Shown here: one piece after another, positions 63,531 through 64,000 of the stretch | Position numbering within the stretch: the first letter of the stretch is position 1 | Layout of the letters: the number at the start of each line of letters is the position of its first letter | Source of the DNA: Antedon mediterranea | Lineage: Eukaryota > Animalia > Echinodermata | Direction: 5' to 3' | Length of the DNA: 64,000 nt | Assembly: GCF_964355755.1 (NCBI RefSeq) | Contig: NC_092679.1 | Location: 3,874,201 to 3,938,200, forward strand | Made by a program: the position numbers and the translations under genes | Notes under the pieces: model-generated | Databases searched by the model: none | What the model was told of the DNA's origin: nothing | The model's input: the letters and a program-made list of their open reading frames with translations, nothing else

Positions 63531-63533
63531 ATG
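63531..63533 (+). CDS. ATG-only first coding exon of a downstream gene, possibly a second calmodulin
   Basis: AAATAAACATG|GTAAGT: a good initiation context directly followed by a consensus donor. It has the same architecture as the calmodulin exon at 47088 (AAATAATG|GTAAGA) and lies in a CpG-rich, promoter-like region. The rest of the gene would be outside the window. Confidence 0.45.
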
Positions 63534-64000
63534 GTAAGTGTTATCTATTTACATTATTACCGGTATGAATTGCTTATTAATAGTATTATCTATAGTTTTG
63601 CTAAGTGTCACTTATATAATATTAATACGTTTAATGTTCAGTTACTTGTGGTGATTCCTGTAAATAGAGGATATCAGTAGTGACCACAAAAAGCATGACA
63701 TATTTATCCGTTCGACTCGACCAGACCGCAAATATTATTACGATATATTTTTCACTATAATTACGGCATATCATAAAACATAATATAATTTCCGTCAATA
63801 AGTTTAAATTGCAAGTTTTTCATATCTTTCAAAACTTTTAATTATCAAATCGCAGAACTTCAGAACAGAGGATGACTTTTCATTGATAACACCGCGCGTT
63901 GTTGGCGTACAAAAGGTCGAGCAATGGTTATTATTTGTACGCGTAAACCTGCGTATATTAATTGATGGAATTTGCTTTTACAGACAGCAGCTATTGAACA

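Overview
AT-rich eukaryotic (invertebrate animal) genomic DNA, not prokaryotic; most of the ORF track is noise or single exons. I reconstructed three complete spliced plus-strand genes by hand: an hnRNP L-family RNA-binding protein (16 coding exons, 9914-23074, 551 aa), an SLC5 sodium:solute symporter of the SLC5A5/6/8/12 group (14 exons, 28678-43482, 589 aa) and a calmodulin (6 exons, 47088-58601, 149 aa). There is also the 5' part of an unknown, probably secreted minus-strand gene with a GC-AG intron, head-to-head with hnRNP L, and an ATG-only first exon at 63531 that may start a tandem calmodulin paralogue. The most interesting region is the hnRNP L gene. It has two minor-spliceosome (U12) introns, one with rare AT-AA ends and one AT-AC, and both contain long predicted RNA stems. 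The intron after RRM2 carries a ~1.5 kb CA-rich tract with CA-rich minisatellites, followed by a stop-containing candidate cassette exon. This looks like an invertebrate counterpart of the vertebrate HNRNPL poison-exon autoregulation loop. Introns and intergenic DNA hold many non-autonomous transposons: Harbinger-like MITEs, TTAA-flanked Kolobok-like elements, CAG-ended elements with 6-bp TSDs (one pair nested), a Helentron/HINE-like element and an L2 LINE 3' fragment. All gene models are manual and lack transcript evidence.
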